Below, one piece after another: positions 24,301-43,314 of a stretch of DNA of 64,000 nucleotides (position 1 is the first letter of the stretch; each line of letters begins with the position of its first letter). The notes beneath the pieces were generated by a model that saw only the letters and a list, made by a program, of their open reading frames with translations, ran no database searches and was not told where the DNA came from. Origin of the DNA: Zygnema circumcarinatum SAG 698-1b (taxonomy: Eukaryota > Plantae > Zygnematophyceae); assembly GCA_037447605.1 (NCBI GenBank), contig CM074818.1, positions 2,306,617 through 2,370,616 of the forward strand, written 5' to 3'. Position numbers and translations under genes: made by a program.

Positions 24301-26818
24301 GAAAGAGGGAGAGGGAGAGGAGGAAAGGAGAGGGAGAGGAGGAAAGTGGAGGGAGATGTAGAGGCGAGGGGGGAAGAGGACGGAGAGGAAGGGATAGGGA
24401 GAGGAAGGGAGAGGGAGAGGAACAGGGAGAGGGAGAGGGGGAAAGAGCAGGGAGAGGGAGGAAGTGGAAGAGAATGGGCGAAAGTGAGAGTGAAGAGAAG
24501 AGGAGGGAAAAGGAGGGAGTGGAAGGGAGAGAAAGAGGAGCAGTTAGAGGGAGAGGGGGAAAGAGCAGGGAGAGGGAGGAAGAGGACGAGAAAGAGGACG
24601 AGAAAGAGCGAGAGTGAGGGGGAAGGGAGAGGAGGGAAGAGGAGGGACGAGGAGGGAGAGGAAGGGAGAGAAAGAGGAGCAGAGAGTGGGAGGAAGAGGA
24701 AGAGAAAGAGCGTGTTAGAGGGAAGGGAGAGGAGGGAAGAAGAGGGAGAAAAACCTAAGCCCAAACCTTTTTTGTTTCACAAGTTCTATTTCTTCCCCCT
24801 CCCTGCCATATGCGGCCCACCCACTGTTCCGTGGAACTGAAACTGTTACTGTGGTGTGTCACATGCAGGTTCTGAAATTGACCAAATTTGACTTCAGACT
24901 GTCTAACGGACTGCCCATGGAACTTCAGAAGCTCCGTTGCAGGGCGAACTACCGAGCTCTCCGATTCACTGAGCCAATCAGAGAGCTCGGAGCTGCCCTT
25001 GTTCGGAAAATGCGATCTTTTGGGGGTCCCTTTGTTGTCATACATCTTAGGTAATTTTTGTATATTTCTTTTATCCATACATTTTGTATACATACATATA
25101 AATATATGTATATACAGTTAAAAACGAATCGTCGGTCTCCATTCTATTTTGCGGTTATTATCAATAAATGTAGTCGTGGGGTTGTCCTTTAATTTTTTTT
25201 ACTTCAGATACGAGGCCGACATGTTGGCTTTTTCGGGCTGCGATTACGGAGGCGGGCAGGCAGAAAAAAAACATTTTGACGAATTAAGGACGCGATGGAA
25301 GAACCTTCCGGTCAGTTGTTGAGGTTCGTCGAACCTGGTCTGATTGAGCAGGCCTTGGGTGCTTCTCCTCTCTCTCTCTCTCTCTCTCTCACTCCCTCTC
25401 CCTCTCGGTCTCCCTCTCCTCTCCCCACTCCCCTCCCCCGCCCCCCACCCCTCCCTCTCCTCTGTCTGTCCGCCCCTCTCCCTCTCACACCTCCTTCCCT
25501 CCTAACCCCCCTCCCTCTCTCTCTCCCACAGCCCCTTGACCCCATTGCCGAACGAGAGAAGGGCAAGTGCCCTCTCTCTCCTCTCGAAGTCGGTCTCCTC
25601 CTCCGCGGCCTCGCCCTCCCTCCCACCTCCTCCCTCTACCTCGCCTCGGGAGAGATGTACGGAGGGGCCTCCTCCCTCCTCCCCCTCAAGTCTCTCTTCC
25701 CGCACGTGCAAAGCAAGGAGACCCTTTTGAGGGCGGAGCGGCTCCGGGCGGTGAAGGGCTTCTCCTCGCGGCAGGCGGCGGTCGACTACGAGGTGGCCAT
25801 GGCGGGGGACCTCTTCGTGGCGAACAACAGGGGGAACATGGCGCGCATGCTGGCGGGGCATAGGTACAGAGAGGGAGGGGAGGGAGGGAGGNNNNNNNNN
25901 NAGGGAGGGGGGGAGGGGGGAGAGCAGGGGAGGGGAGAGGGGGAGGGGAGGGAGGGGGGAGAGCGGGGGAGGGAGGGGGGGGTAAGTGGGAAGAAAGGGA
26001 GGAAGGGAGGAGAGGTGAGGGGAGAGAGAGGTGAGGGAAGGGAAGGATGGATGGAGGTGGAGGGAACTGAAAGGGAGGGAAAGGGGGAAGAGAGGAGGGA
26101 CGGAAGGGGAGTGTAAGGAGGGAAGAGAGAGTGATAAGGAGTGGAAGGAGAGGAATGTGAGTGAGGACAGGGGAGATAGCGTTGAGGTAGAGGAGAGGAG
26201 AGAGAGAGAGTAACGAATGAAGTGAAGGGAGGAGTTAGAGGTAAGAGAGGGAGGAGGGAGAGAGAGAGAGAGAGAGAGGAGGGGAGGGAGATTCGCATTC
26301 CCTGAGGGAGGAGGGAGGGAGGGAGGTGTCAATTTTGACACGCTGCTGGAGGCGTTCTATGTTGCAGGCGGTTCATGGGTCACCGTAGAACTGTTCAGCC
26401 CAACATGAAGAAGCTCGCGGCCCTTTTGATGGCACGGAACAACATGACATGGAACGAGTTTGCGGAGAAAGTGGAGCGGGCACAAAGGGGGTTTATGGGG
26501 GAGCCAATGGAGGTCGATTTGGGGCGCCAACACGATTTCTATGAGCATCCGTTGGCGTGTATTTGTAATGCTACGGACAATTCAACGCTTAGCAGAGCGT
26601 TGACGGGGAAACGGGCACATGTAACGGGGGGGTTGGGGGAGAGCAGAGAGACGGGGAAGGGAGAGGAGAGAGTGGGAGAGGGCGAAGGGGAGGGAGAGAG
26701 AGAGGGAGGCGAGGAAGGAGGAGAGGGAGGGGGAGGGGGAGAGGGAGTGGGAGAGGGGGAGGGAGAGGAAGGAGATGGAGGGGAGAGCTCGGGGTCTACT
26801 CATATCAGAGGGGTGTAG
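21400..26818 (+). CDS. O-fucosyltransferase family glycosyltransferase (plant GT106 / O-FucT domain), type II membrane protein; exons 21400-21600, 22453-22543, 22831-22910, 23441-23529, 24007-24187, 24869-25050, 25208-25310, 25532-25863, 26368-26818
   Basis: N-terminal TM helix; motifs GGLNQERTGIVDAVVVARILNATLVIP, FGEIFDLDHFI, LQKLRCRANYRALRF, IHLRYEADMLAFSGC, GKCPLSPLEVGL, AAVDY, GNMARMLAGHR; all phases join. Confidence 0.93.
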
Positions 26819-28399
26819 GGACCGCTGTAATCGTTGGCAGTTAGGGTTTGATAGCTCATGTTCTTTGCACTTTTCTAGTTTTACGACCCGTTTCACGCTC
26901 AGTTCTACGATCCAGTAACCGTACCGTTGGGCTCTGCCAGGTATTGCCGTACGGAGACCGTAAGTCAGAAACGACAGAAAAAAATTGTTTGCATCTGCCC
27001 TGCGTTATCCGTTATCCTTTTGTACGATTAGTACGCAACCGTATGACCTTGGTACGTGGTCATTTCTGGTATTTTTCTTTATTTGTTCAAGTCGGCTGAG
27101 TTTTCAGGGGTTTTAGCGTTTTTAAGGAAAAAGGAATCAGAGAATCTAGAAATGCAGATAAGAATGATCTGAGCCGTCCAAATCACTTTGATCCGCGGAT
27201 CCACGCGATTTTTGCCGTGCAATGCCCTCCCAAGGGCTTGCGCGTCATACCGTGGGACTTGATTGCAAATCTCTCCAAAAATTTCTACATTTTTCGATGG
27301 CCCTTTGAAATCTGTACGGAAAATACAATCTGCCAAATAGTTGAACAGGTTCGGAGACGGGTCCACCTTGAACTTGTGCCCAAAAAAACTTCAATTCTTT
27401 GTCAAATCTCAATTTGTTTTTGCAATCATGTCCTGTCTCGCTGCCCGGAACTTTCATCAATAGGGTCCCTGATTGGTTGGTGGACGCGCCGTCGTGGCAG
27501 TAGGGAATTTGCCCGTCGCGGCTGTTCGGTCAGCCCAGGAATAAAACAAAATCAAAATGTCGGCTTAATTTGTCGGTTCTGTACGTTGGCCGAAAACGAC
27601 AAGTCTCTAGTTGCTATTGCTGCCAAATCTTGGTCGCGATCACGATCGTCCGTACACAAATCGTATCCTAATGCCTTTATGTGGACGAAAACAAGTATTT
27701 GTCGTTTCGGAGTTAATACCGTAGGGGACCTCTCAGAGAAAATCGTCCGTAGATCGTCCATAGTACTGAAGAAAAATCTTCTCTAAGTTGTTTACCAAAA
27801 TGAGTACTCGTAGCCAATGTGTTTATTCCTCAACAGAGTACTTCTTCTGACACGTTCCTTTTATAAGGAGGACTCATTTTCAGATTGTTTTGTCCTGATG
27901 AAGCCGAAATTTTGACAAAAATTGAGTTTTCGCTTAAATTGAATTATTTTCCGTACAAAAGTATCTCAATGTACCACTTGTCGTATTGTACGTTTCCCGA
28001 TTTCCAGTTCGTACGGTCAACGTTCGGCCGGTTCCGTCCGTACATATTGACGGCCGTCGACCGGTCCGGCCGTCAAGGCCCAACTACATCCTAGGGCCAA
28101 TGCCAATAAAAACCCGCCATGTCATCAAAACGGTACACGTGGCGCGTGGTCGTTGGTCAGTGGGTGCCCAAACGTTCCGAAGGCGACACTTGGCCGTCAA
28201 TTTGAAAGCTCCCCCTCCCTTTGCCGCCCGCCATGGCTGCCACCTGTCCCACCTCCTTACTATTGCCTCACAATAATTAACCACTCTCTCGCTCCCTCTC
28301 CATCTCTCCCTCTCTCTCTCTCTCTCCCTTTCCATCTCTCTCTCCCTCTCCACCTCTCTCCCTCTCTCTCACCCTCTCCCTCTCGCTCCCCCTCCCGCC

Positions 28400-33546
<5,147 letters not shown>

Positions 33547-33933
33547 AGGAATTGTTAGTTTTGGGGGAAGTTAGTGGGGGGATTCATTGAAGGGGATTAG
33601 GAGTTTCTGGAGATTTATCGGTTTTGAGAAGATAGGGTAGAGGAGTTTGAAGGTATGGGGAAGGCAGGTGAGGAGAGAGGAGTGAGTGACATCTTTTGAA
33701 GATACAGAGGGAACAGGAAGAGAGAGAGCAAAGAGACGCATGCGGCATGTGTATATAGGAGAATGTAGAGGGGAGACAATCCTTCCATGCGGATGTTTTT
33801 TTTTTGAGGAGGAAATGTTTAGAAATTGTTTTAGTTTGGAGAGGAGGTTATGGGAGAACGATGGCGAGCTTCAAGCGACAAGTTAGGGGAGAGGAGGCGA
33901 GCGTCTATAGGAAAGTAGAGAAGTGAAGAGAAT

Positions 33934-34254
33934 TCAAGAAGAAGATTTGGGCTCTGAATTGGGCTTTGTCAACCTGCCAAAACGAAGCAGCTGAGAGGGA
34001 GACGTTTTTGCTCGGCAGAATCGGTACTCTCTCGGTCTCCCTGTTTCGCTCTCTCTCTCTCTCCCTCACCCTCCCTCCCTCCCCATTTCTTCCCTCCCTC
34101 CCTCCCTCCCTCCCTCCCTCCCTCATCTTCCCCTCTGCTCTTGTACTGAAAGCAATTCTCCCATGTGTTGCAGCAGGCTGCGCCAAAGGCCATGTCCGAC
34201 CGCCGCAAACAGCGGCCCGTCGAGAAGAACTGTCTCTCCGCCCTTCGGAATTTT
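33934..34254 (-). CDS. Probable last two exons (34254-34147, 33990-33934) of an unidentified gene
   Basis: TTTAG acceptor, 36 open codons KIPKGGETVLLDGPLFAAVGHGLWRSLLQHMGELLS, GTACAA donor, GA-tract intron, CTCAG acceptor, then LLRFGRLTKPNSEPKSSS-stop; phase 0 throughout. Confidence 0.45.
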
Positions 34255-37114
34255 CTAAACAATTTGACATTTTGCCTCATTTACCTTTCNNNNNNNNNNC
34301 CCCCCCCCCCCCCCCCACCTCTCCCCCTTTATTTGCTTGAAGGTTGTGTAAACTTGCAGTGTTTGGTTAGAATAACGGCATTTGTCATTGCAATTGACAA
34401 TGGAAATTGTTTGTCATCGAAACCTTTATTTTTTTTCCTGTTAATTTTGCATAAATGCGTAGCCTTTTTGACATTGCTTTTCTACTTTTGTACGAAATTT
34501 GTTAAAGTCTATTTTTTGAATGTGGTTTCTTCCATTCCCTGTAGCTCTGGCCATTGTTTGAATGAGTTGGCAAAGTGCTGACGCCGGCGATTACATGGAG
34601 ACGGTTTCAATTCCAGTTTCATTTTCATTTTCAGTGTCAGTTTCTTTTCAACTTGGTTTCATGTGGAGTTTATGTCGATAGTGGTAACTAATTCTGCCTA
34701 AATGCTGACTAGAGGATGGCCGGAAATGTTTAGTTATGACTAGACCTTGATTACGAGCAAGTTACATGACTAAAGCTGCGTTTGGGGATCCATAATTGGT
34801 CAGATTTTTGGCAGCACTACTTTCCTCTCTCGCCAGAGTATGCTTCCTGTCTTTAGAACACAGAGGGGGCACTTTTGTGAAGTAAAAGTGAAGTTTTATT
34901 AACAAAAGATATGACATTGTACAAATGTGGACTGTTTGAAGCCCGATCCCCAAACTGCCCTGATGAAGCAGTTTTTGACAGAATCATTTAAGATGGAGAC
35001 GGGGGGGGGGGGGGTTGGAGTCGGAAAGGGTGGAGGGGGGAGTGGGGAGGGGGGAGAGCGAGGGGGGAGGGGGGAGAGCGAGTGGGGGAGGGGGTGATGG
35101 GAAGGGAAGTGGAAGGGGGACAGGGGGTGTGGGGAGGGGGAAGAGACGAGAGGGGGTGANNNNNNNNNNNNNNNNNNNNNNNNNNNNNNNNNNNNNNNNN
35201 NNNNNNNNNNNNNNNNNNNNNNNNNNNNNNNNNNNNNNNNNNNNNNNNNNNNNNNNNNNAAGTAGGATAGGATAGGATTGTGGGACTTTTAGTATCAATT
35301 TGTCAAATTCGTCACCATCACATGCATCAAGCATGCAGGCTGCTTTGCAAATTGCAATCAGAAAAAGAGGTATTACGAACGTTCATTTGCTTGAGCATGA
35401 ATTGTTGAGATGAGATATTCCATGATTCAGTTCATGAGCGAATTCTTTAGGTTATTTATTTGTGATGAAAGATTCCAAGTTTAAGGAATCCTGTACATTT
35501 CTTCTTCGCCGTCATCCAAATCAATAATAAGACCGCACATGAGGCCTTGCGGTCCTTCTGTTCCTCGCTTTCTTTCTTTCTTTTTGTATGTCCGTTTTTT
35601 GCCCTTCACACATCGTTGAAAGAAGTTCAGAGATCATGAAGTCCCCGTGTTGCAAAGCGGTTCTACAAAGGAAGGTAGATGTTGGCAGTCCTATAACGAA
35701 CCGCTTCAGGCTACAGAACTGAAACTGCGCTGACGGGGCCATGGAATGAGCCATTGGAACGGTTGGCTGCTGGCCAACGGTTGGGTCCAGTGTTTGACAG
35801 CCATTGCCAATGGTTGGAAGCCATTGGGTACAAACCATTGGCCACTACCGCAATGGTTGCCAACCAATGGTTTGAACTGCCATCGCTTGAGTCGATACCA
35901 CCTCGACTTTCATGGAAGTATCAAGACATGGGATCGAAGTTCGAACCTTCCTATCGGCAGTCGATGTCCTTTTGGCAAATTTCCCCAGTTCTTTTTTGGA
36001 CCTAAAAATAAATAAATATATATATATCCAGCCAGCCTGGCTGGCTGTCAGCAGGGACGTTTAGGGTTTGTAGGGCTGACCGTGCAAGTTCCCTCGCGCT
36101 GACGCTGCAGGCCAGACAAAATGAAGTACAGAACAGTGACCGTACAGATACCGTACGTCGATACAGCTACAGCCCAGGAGGCCCGCTGTGGGACCGTTCG
36201 GGACGAGCGGGGACAGCTACGGCTACAGCTACAGCAGAGAGGGAGAAAAAAATCTGCGGTCAAAAAAAAGCATTTGCTGTTCTTTTTTTGTACTGCATTC
36301 GGTGGTACATCTGCTTAAACTTTGGACTAAAACTATCTACCACAGTGGTCCTCGGCTTCACTAAAAAAAGAAAAAGGGCGTGATTGCGGAAAATGCGATG
36401 TCAAAACTTTACGTCAGAAAAATTCTCCGGAAAAAAAAAAAATCCGGCTGCGGTGACGTTCCGCTTACGGAGCGACATCGCACCTGTCCCATGTGACTGG
36501 GCCCTTGGCCGTACATTCAGATATGATTCTGTGAAGATTCGCCATGTGAACTATTTCCGCAACGCGGACTAGAGCCGCGCAATAGATTCGACAGAATCTG
36601 AATCCTTCACTCCCATTGGCGTCAAACGAAACAGATTCGTGACATTTCAGAAAAGGCGAATCTTGGAGATACGGTCATTTTGGAAGGACAGAAGCTGACA
36701 AATACGTGGCTGCGCCCTCGTTGGCCCTGAGGCCACTAGAGGCTCAAGATTGACACGTCAGCAAAGAGGAGAGCCGCACCACGTGCCCCTCCCTCCACTC
36801 AAACGGCGACTCGTGCGGCGAGCGCCTGCTTTTAGTCCCCTTCCAACTTTCCCGCCGACACCCTCTGTCAAAAGGCGGAAGGCCTCGCACCGCGGTCGGT
36901 GTCTGTCGGTAGCCCTCCGCCCTCCCTCCCTCGGCCTCTCGCTCGCTGTCTCTCTCTCTCACTAACTCCTTCCCGCTACCTTCCTCCCCCAGACCCACCC
37001 TCCGCAAAGAAGCCTCTCGTTCTGTTTTCTGACTTTATCATCTTTGTCTCTCCCTTCCTCCACCTCTCCCCACATACCTCCTCCTCTCTCCTCTCATCCC
37101 CTCCNNNNNNNNNN

Positions 37115-37988
37115 AGGACGTCGACACGGGGAGCCTCAGGGCGGGAAAGACCGTCTTCAAGGAGAAGCTCAAGGTGGGCTCCACCTCCACTGAGGGGATG
37201 TGGGAGAGAGGATGGGGAGTGGATGGTATGCTGCTTGCATCTGTTTTGAGGGTGAATCTGGAATTTGATGCATGCAATTTTCTAGAAAACGTGAATCTCT
37301 GTCCTCTTCCTCCCCCCCCACACTCTCCATCTTCCTTCGCCCCTCTCTCTCCCTCTTCCTCCCGCCCCACTCTCTCCAGCTTCCTCCGCCCCTCTCTCTC
37401 CCTCTTCCTCCCCCCCACTCTCTCCATCTTCCTCCACCCCCTGTCTCTTCCTCTTCCTTCCCCACTCTCTCCCTCGTCCTCCCCCGCTTTCTCTCCCTCT
37501 TCTTACCCATCTCTCTCTCCTTCGATCTCCCCCCTCTCTCTCCATCTTCCTCCCCCCTCTCTCCCTCGTCCTCCCCACTCTCTCTCCCTCTTCCTCCCGC
37601 TCTCTCTTTCCCTCTTCCTCCCCCCTCTCGTTCCCGCTTCCTCCCCCCCTCTCTCTCCCTCTTCCTCTCCCCCTCTCTCTCCCTCTTTCCCCCTCCTCTC
37701 TTTCTCCCTCTCCCCCGCTCTGCCTCTCGCTCTTCCCTCCCGCCCCTCTCTCATCTTCATTCAGCACAGGGCATGGAAAGGACAGGGCTTTGAATATGTG
37801 TGAAACAGTGGAAGTTAAAGAGGTACAGAGGTAGGTACAGACTGTAAGGTTAAACAGCCTTTAGCGTAAGGTCCGTAAAGAGGACCGTACTCTGTGTCAT
37901 TTTCTCACTTTTCTCTCGCTTCTCCTCTTCCCTCTCCCGTCTTTGTCACCTCTCTCTCTCTCCCCTCTCCCTTCGCTTTCCTCTCCGT

Positions 37989-38024
<36 letters not shown>

Positions 38025-39465
38025 CCCTCTCTCTCCCCCTCTCACTTTCTTTTCTCTCTATCTCCCTCTTTTGCAGCGGGAAATTTCTGCGACGGAGTTG
38101 AGGTCTGAAATAGGAGCGATGCAGCGCGTGAGTGGCCATGGCCACGTGGTGGAGCTCTGCGGCCTCTTCGAAGACGACAAGGCTATTCACATCGCCATGG
38201 ATCTGTGTCCGGGGGGAGACCTCTTCACTTACATCAAGGAGAGGCATCGTTTGAAGGAAAACGATGCAGCACAGATCTTTCGGTATGTTTGTGTCTATTG
38301 CCAAACCTTGATACTCAATCTGAAAGTTCATCTTATGTCTCTCTGTGATAGATGATTATTTCTGGGGTCTAAGCTGAGATTTGATGATGTTGGGGTCCCT
38401 GCAGGCAGGCTGCATTGGCTTTGCAACATTGCCACGATAGAGAAATTCTGCATCGCGATGTGAAGCCCGAGAACATCCTCATCTCTAGGCGAACACGGAA
38501 CTTTGACGGAACCCAATCGGTTACGATCAAATTGGCAGACTTTGGAATTGCAATCAGGCTGCATCCTGGAGAGAGAGGAAGTGGGACTGCTGGGAGTGCG
38601 AGCTATATGGCCCCTGAGATTGTGAAGGGACAAGAGTACGGCTTCGAAGCTGACGTATGGAGCCTTGGCGTGTCTCTCTATGTTGCGCTTTCAGGTGAGG
38701 AATTCACTCCACCAAACCCATGAAATCGAGTTTTCTCCTTAAACCCCAAATTACCCAAAGGACACTTTTACAAATCATAGCGAAAAATGCTGCATTCGAT
38801 TGCAATCTGTTGTCTATAATCTAATGGCATTTTGTTGTGCAGGGTTTATGCCTTTCTGGGGTCAAAACAATGACGAGATTTTCGCGAGCATTTGCCGCAA
38901 AGGTCCCACCTTCACTGCGAACCCATGGTCGGAAATTTCCGCCGAAGCGAAGGAGCTCGTGAAGTGGATGCTCACTGAAACCGAGAGCGATAGGGCCACG
39001 CCTTGTGACATTCTGTCACATCCGTGGATCACACGCAACCGCTCCGTTCAACGCACCGCTTCGCTGTGTCCAAAGCGTGAAGAGCTCGTTCCTCGCAACA
39101 TAGAACCACAGTTGTACGGTTGCAAGCAACAGTTCCCTGCTCTGTCCAACCTTCGTATCGGCAAGGATATATCGGCACACCCCTCCCCGATATATCTCAA
39201 AAAGTCGGCACAGAGTGTCCGATATGCGCCGAGCCGCTGCAAGGGCTTGCAAGCGCCGGCGGCGGCGGCCGCAAAACTGAGCTATGGGGGCGGGGAAATG
39301 ATGGAGGAGCCCCCCTCGCCTCCGCCTGTGCTGGCCCATCCGGTCATGTCCCAATCCGACGCTTCAGAATGCTCCGCTCGCCGCCTCTCCTTGGATTGGG
39401 ATTCGCTCGACTCCATTGCGTCTTCGCCTCCTCCTTCTCCCTTGCGTTATCGGATGAGGGTGTAG
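37115..39465 (+). CDS. CDPK/PEPKR-like Ser/Thr kinase without EF hands (kinase A); exons 37115-37173 (5'-truncated at gap), 38077-38282, 38405-38694, 38843-39465
   Basis: Motifs AGKTVFKEKLK, MDLCPGGDLF, HRDVKPEN, IKLADFG, YMAPE, DVWSLGV, PFWG, HPWI; Ser/Pro-rich tail. Confidence 0.92.
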
Positions 39466-41059
39466 CTTTGGGGGGGGGGTCCATCAGACACTTCTTAATG
39501 GTTGAGAGTTGGTATGGATGCAAGAGGGAGAAAGGGAAGGATAGAGACAGGCACTGAGTGAAATAGCAAAAGCGTATGGTTAGTCGTGGGGCTCTCTCTC
39601 CTTTTAACAATTGGTTTAGGTCCTTTTCTGAGTAATCTTATGTTACTCTAAATAAAGAAAAGTGGGCAGAATATTTATCTACTAATAAGCCTTAATTGAG
39701 CAGTAGTTTTTGTAATTAACTTTTTTTTTTTTTCGTTACAAGGGAGGCTACCCAATTATGCAGGCAGGAACTGACTGCTAGGCTCTCGCTTCTTATGTTT
39801 GTAAGGCATGTGAACCTGTGACTATAGCTTGCTTAATTATGTTGATCATGAGTGGATTGGGGGTTTATTCACCTAAGGGTTTTTGGGTACGCGCAGCCTT
39901 TCCCAGGTTGCGTAAGACCTTCTGTATACACATGAAGTTATTGTCACTTACTTGCCCGAAATGGGCTTCCGAAATAGAGGTGAAGTACGTGGTCTTGGCA
40001 GCTTTTCACTGTGACAGACTGTGTGCACACACTGAATCTTTCGCCTCGTTTATTTTTCAATCTTGCAATATGTCTAAAAGGAGAGATGATGTTCTCTTGT
40101 AGACGTTATCTCCCTCTTTCTCTCATTTCTCCTCTAGCTCGCACGCCTGTTCCTCTCTCCCTCCTCTCTACCCATCCCTCTCCCTCGCCCTCCCTCCTTC
40201 TCTACGTCACTCCCATCCTCTCTCTCTCGCTCTCCCTCGTTGTCGCTCGTTCTCTCCCTCTATCTCCCCACCTTTGCCAGTTCCTTTCTTCTTCATCCTC
40301 ACTAGTAAAATTTCTCGACTAACCCCTTTCCCTTTACTTCCTTCCTCCTTCACAATTTCTCTACCTTTCCTCCCTGACTCTGCCACTCCCCCCCCTTTCT
40401 CAGCCTTACCATGCCATGCCATGCCTTTCCTGCTATTGTACTTCCGTCATATATTCTTTCAGCGTATCCTTCACAGAACATGACAAAAGCTGGAATGAAA
40501 TGCTACACAGAAATGTTAAGGATAGACAAAGTAACGAGAAAAGACAAGTATGAAAATTGAGCTCTCATAAATACCTTAGACCTGCACGCTTTAAAAAAGA
40601 GTTTTCATCAGTATCAGTACACAGCCAGTAGGCAACCTACAGAAAAATTACAGGAAGGTTTGGCGCAGTGTTACCCCAAAACACTAAGGGAAACAAATGG
40701 CACCGAAAACTAGTCCTAATCGCAAGCTCGCGTCTCCTATCACCTCTCGACATGTCAAATGTTGTGTGAGCCTATGCCTAGCCATTCCATAGCAAAACCT
40801 TAGCTTGCAAAAATCGCTAAGAGCTACACTAACCCATAAGTCTCACACTACCCCTTTTCTAAACCTGTGCACCGCCTTCTCATATTTACAATGTACATCA
40901 CCGCCTCGCAAATGCCTTTTCTATGGCTGCCTCTGCTGCCGCTACAAATCGACTCACCACTGGCAATTCTATGCTCAGATGGGCAGCTATAAAAAAAGTA
41001 GCGCTTCGTTTTTTCCTAAAAAGGGACTGCCACTCAAACGAACCTAGCTGCTGAATTTG

Positions 41060-43314
41060 TCAACTCTCTTCCGAGGTAGAGTTGTAGTCGACCACGCGTG
41101 GAGACCGGAAGCAGAATGGCCTCGGAATCAGGCGAGAAGCCAAAGGTGAAGGGGACGACGAAGATGAGGAGGGGAGGGACGGAGACTCGCAGTGGAAAGA
41201 AACTCGCCGGACAGAGTGGTCGAATCGATCAGAGGAGGAGGAGGAGGAGGAGGAGGAGGAGGGGGAGGGGGGGGGCTTTCTAGATGGAGGAGTCAGAACA
41301 GCAGGAGGTGAGGGCGACTGGGATTCCCTAAAATCAAAGCTCAACTCCATACGAGGAGGAATGGAAGAAGGTATGATAACAGTCGGTCTGTGACGCAGAC
41401 TCGGAGAGGGAAGGCAGAAATTGGACCTAACTACGCTCTTTTCTTGAGATAGTGGCGGTGCAGGTTTGTCGCAGTTTTGGACACTTTCTCGGGTCAAGGA
41501 AGAGTCAGTGAAGCTTAGCACATTGGCCTCACTTGATTCATTTACGACGGAGAATGAGAGGTCAAAATTTCTGCCTTCTTTCGGTGACTCCAGAAGGGCA
41601 GGAGGAGGCTTTGGGAGTGGTGAGGACAATGGAGAAGGAGACCTCTTCACCGGGCAATGCTTCAGAAGCCATGGATGCTCCAAAAGGTCCGAAGCCGTCG
41701 GTCGAAGTCCGGGACTTTTCGTAAGCATGGACTGTACAAGCTTCTTTGCGTCCTTAGAAATTTCCGGCCATGGCCTTGCGCTGTAGCTCGGCTCCCTCTG
41801 ACAAATGTTTGCAAATATTTCCTCATTGGAGGGACCCCAGAAGGGCATGTACCCTGCAAACCCATCTCCAGGAACAAAAAAAATTAGTATGCTCTTGAAA
41901 TCACAACGGTTGAACATATGAAAGTAGAAGATCTACTTGAATTTGTGCTATTTTTGCAGCACAAAACCAACCATTGGTACGCACCAGAGAGAGCGACATA
42001 GAGCACCACCCCGAGACTCCACACGTCTGCCTCAAATCCGTACTCTTGTCCGTTTATGACCTCCGGAGCCATATAGCTGACAGTGCCCACGGGATGTTTT
42101 GCTTTCCTTCCCGGCTGAAGTTTTAAAGCGATTCCAAAATCGGCAAGTTTAATCTTGGGAGTTTGGGAACCATCGGGGTTGCGGATTTTCTCGGAAATTA
42201 GGATGTTTTCAGGCTTGATGTCGCGATGAAGAATGCTCTTGTTGTGGCAATGTTGCAAGGCCGATGCAGCTTGCCTGCACGGATGGAGAAACAGTAAAAA
42301 AAACAAGCGGTTAAGACATCATTCGAAAACTTCAGGACTGAAACTAGCAGAGTTATATGAAACACATTGGGGGAAAAAAAAAACTTTGTTTTTTCAGAGC
42401 TTGAAAGAGATTTATGACATGGGAGAGACCGACGTACCTGAAAATCTGTGCAGCTTCGCTCTCGCTTAAGCGGCGCCTCTCTTTAATATAAGTGAAGAGG
42501 TCCCCCCCCGGGCAGAGCTCCATGATGAGGTGCACCGCCTGCTTGTCCTCGAAGAGGCCGCAGAGCTGCACCACGTGTTGGCTCCCCGCCAACGCTTGCA
42601 TCACTCGGATTTCCGATCGAAGTTCGGCGGCAAGTACTTCCTTCTGCATGCTCGAAGGATTTCATGTCAGTGCGTGGTTGTGTCTATGTACGTGCGAGAG
42701 AGTGAGCGAGCAGAGAGGGACAGAGAGAGAGAGAGTGTGTGTGTGAAAGAGAGAGGGAGAGAGAGAGAGGGAAAGAGGGGAGAGAGAGAAGGAGAGAGAA
42801 AGGGAAAGAGGACAGAGAGAGGTAAAGAGCGAGAGATAGAGAGAGAGAGAGAGGTGCGAGAGAGCGAGAGAGGAGAAGGAGCAGAGATGGGGGAGAGAGA
42901 GAGAGAAAGTGAGAGAGGGAGCGAGAGAGAGAGAGAGAAATTGAGCAGAGTGGGACAGAAGGGGAGAGACAGGGGGGGTGCGGGAGAGATTGGCACCTTG
43001 ATCTTGTCCTTGAACACACTCTTCCCCGCCCTCAGCTTCCCCGTGTCCACGTCCTGCAGCAGCCGCACCACTCCCGCCACGCCCTTCCCCAGCTCCGCCC
43101 CCACCGAGTACACCTCCTCCAGCTCGCATGTACGGAACGGAAGAATCTGCATGGAGCTGCGCCTCTCAACGGAGGGAGCCGCCTCATGCATCGCCACTTC
43201 TGCTTCGCTTCCAGAGGCCACCGCCGCCTGCGGAGTGCTGCCACTCGTGGTTCGCGCTCCACGGGGAGACCGGAGTCTCGATGAAAGCTTTACAGTGAAC
43301 CCCATGGCTTCCAT
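41060..43314 (-). CDS. CDPK/PEPKR-like Ser/Thr kinase without EF hands (kinase B); exons 43314-42997, 42643-42438, 42274-41985, 41853-41060
   Basis: Motifs ELGKGVAGVVR, AGKSVFKDKIK, MELCPGGDLF, HRDIKPEN, IKLADFG, YMAPE, HPWL; internal exons are 206 and 290 nt, identical in length to kinase A. Confidence 0.95.
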
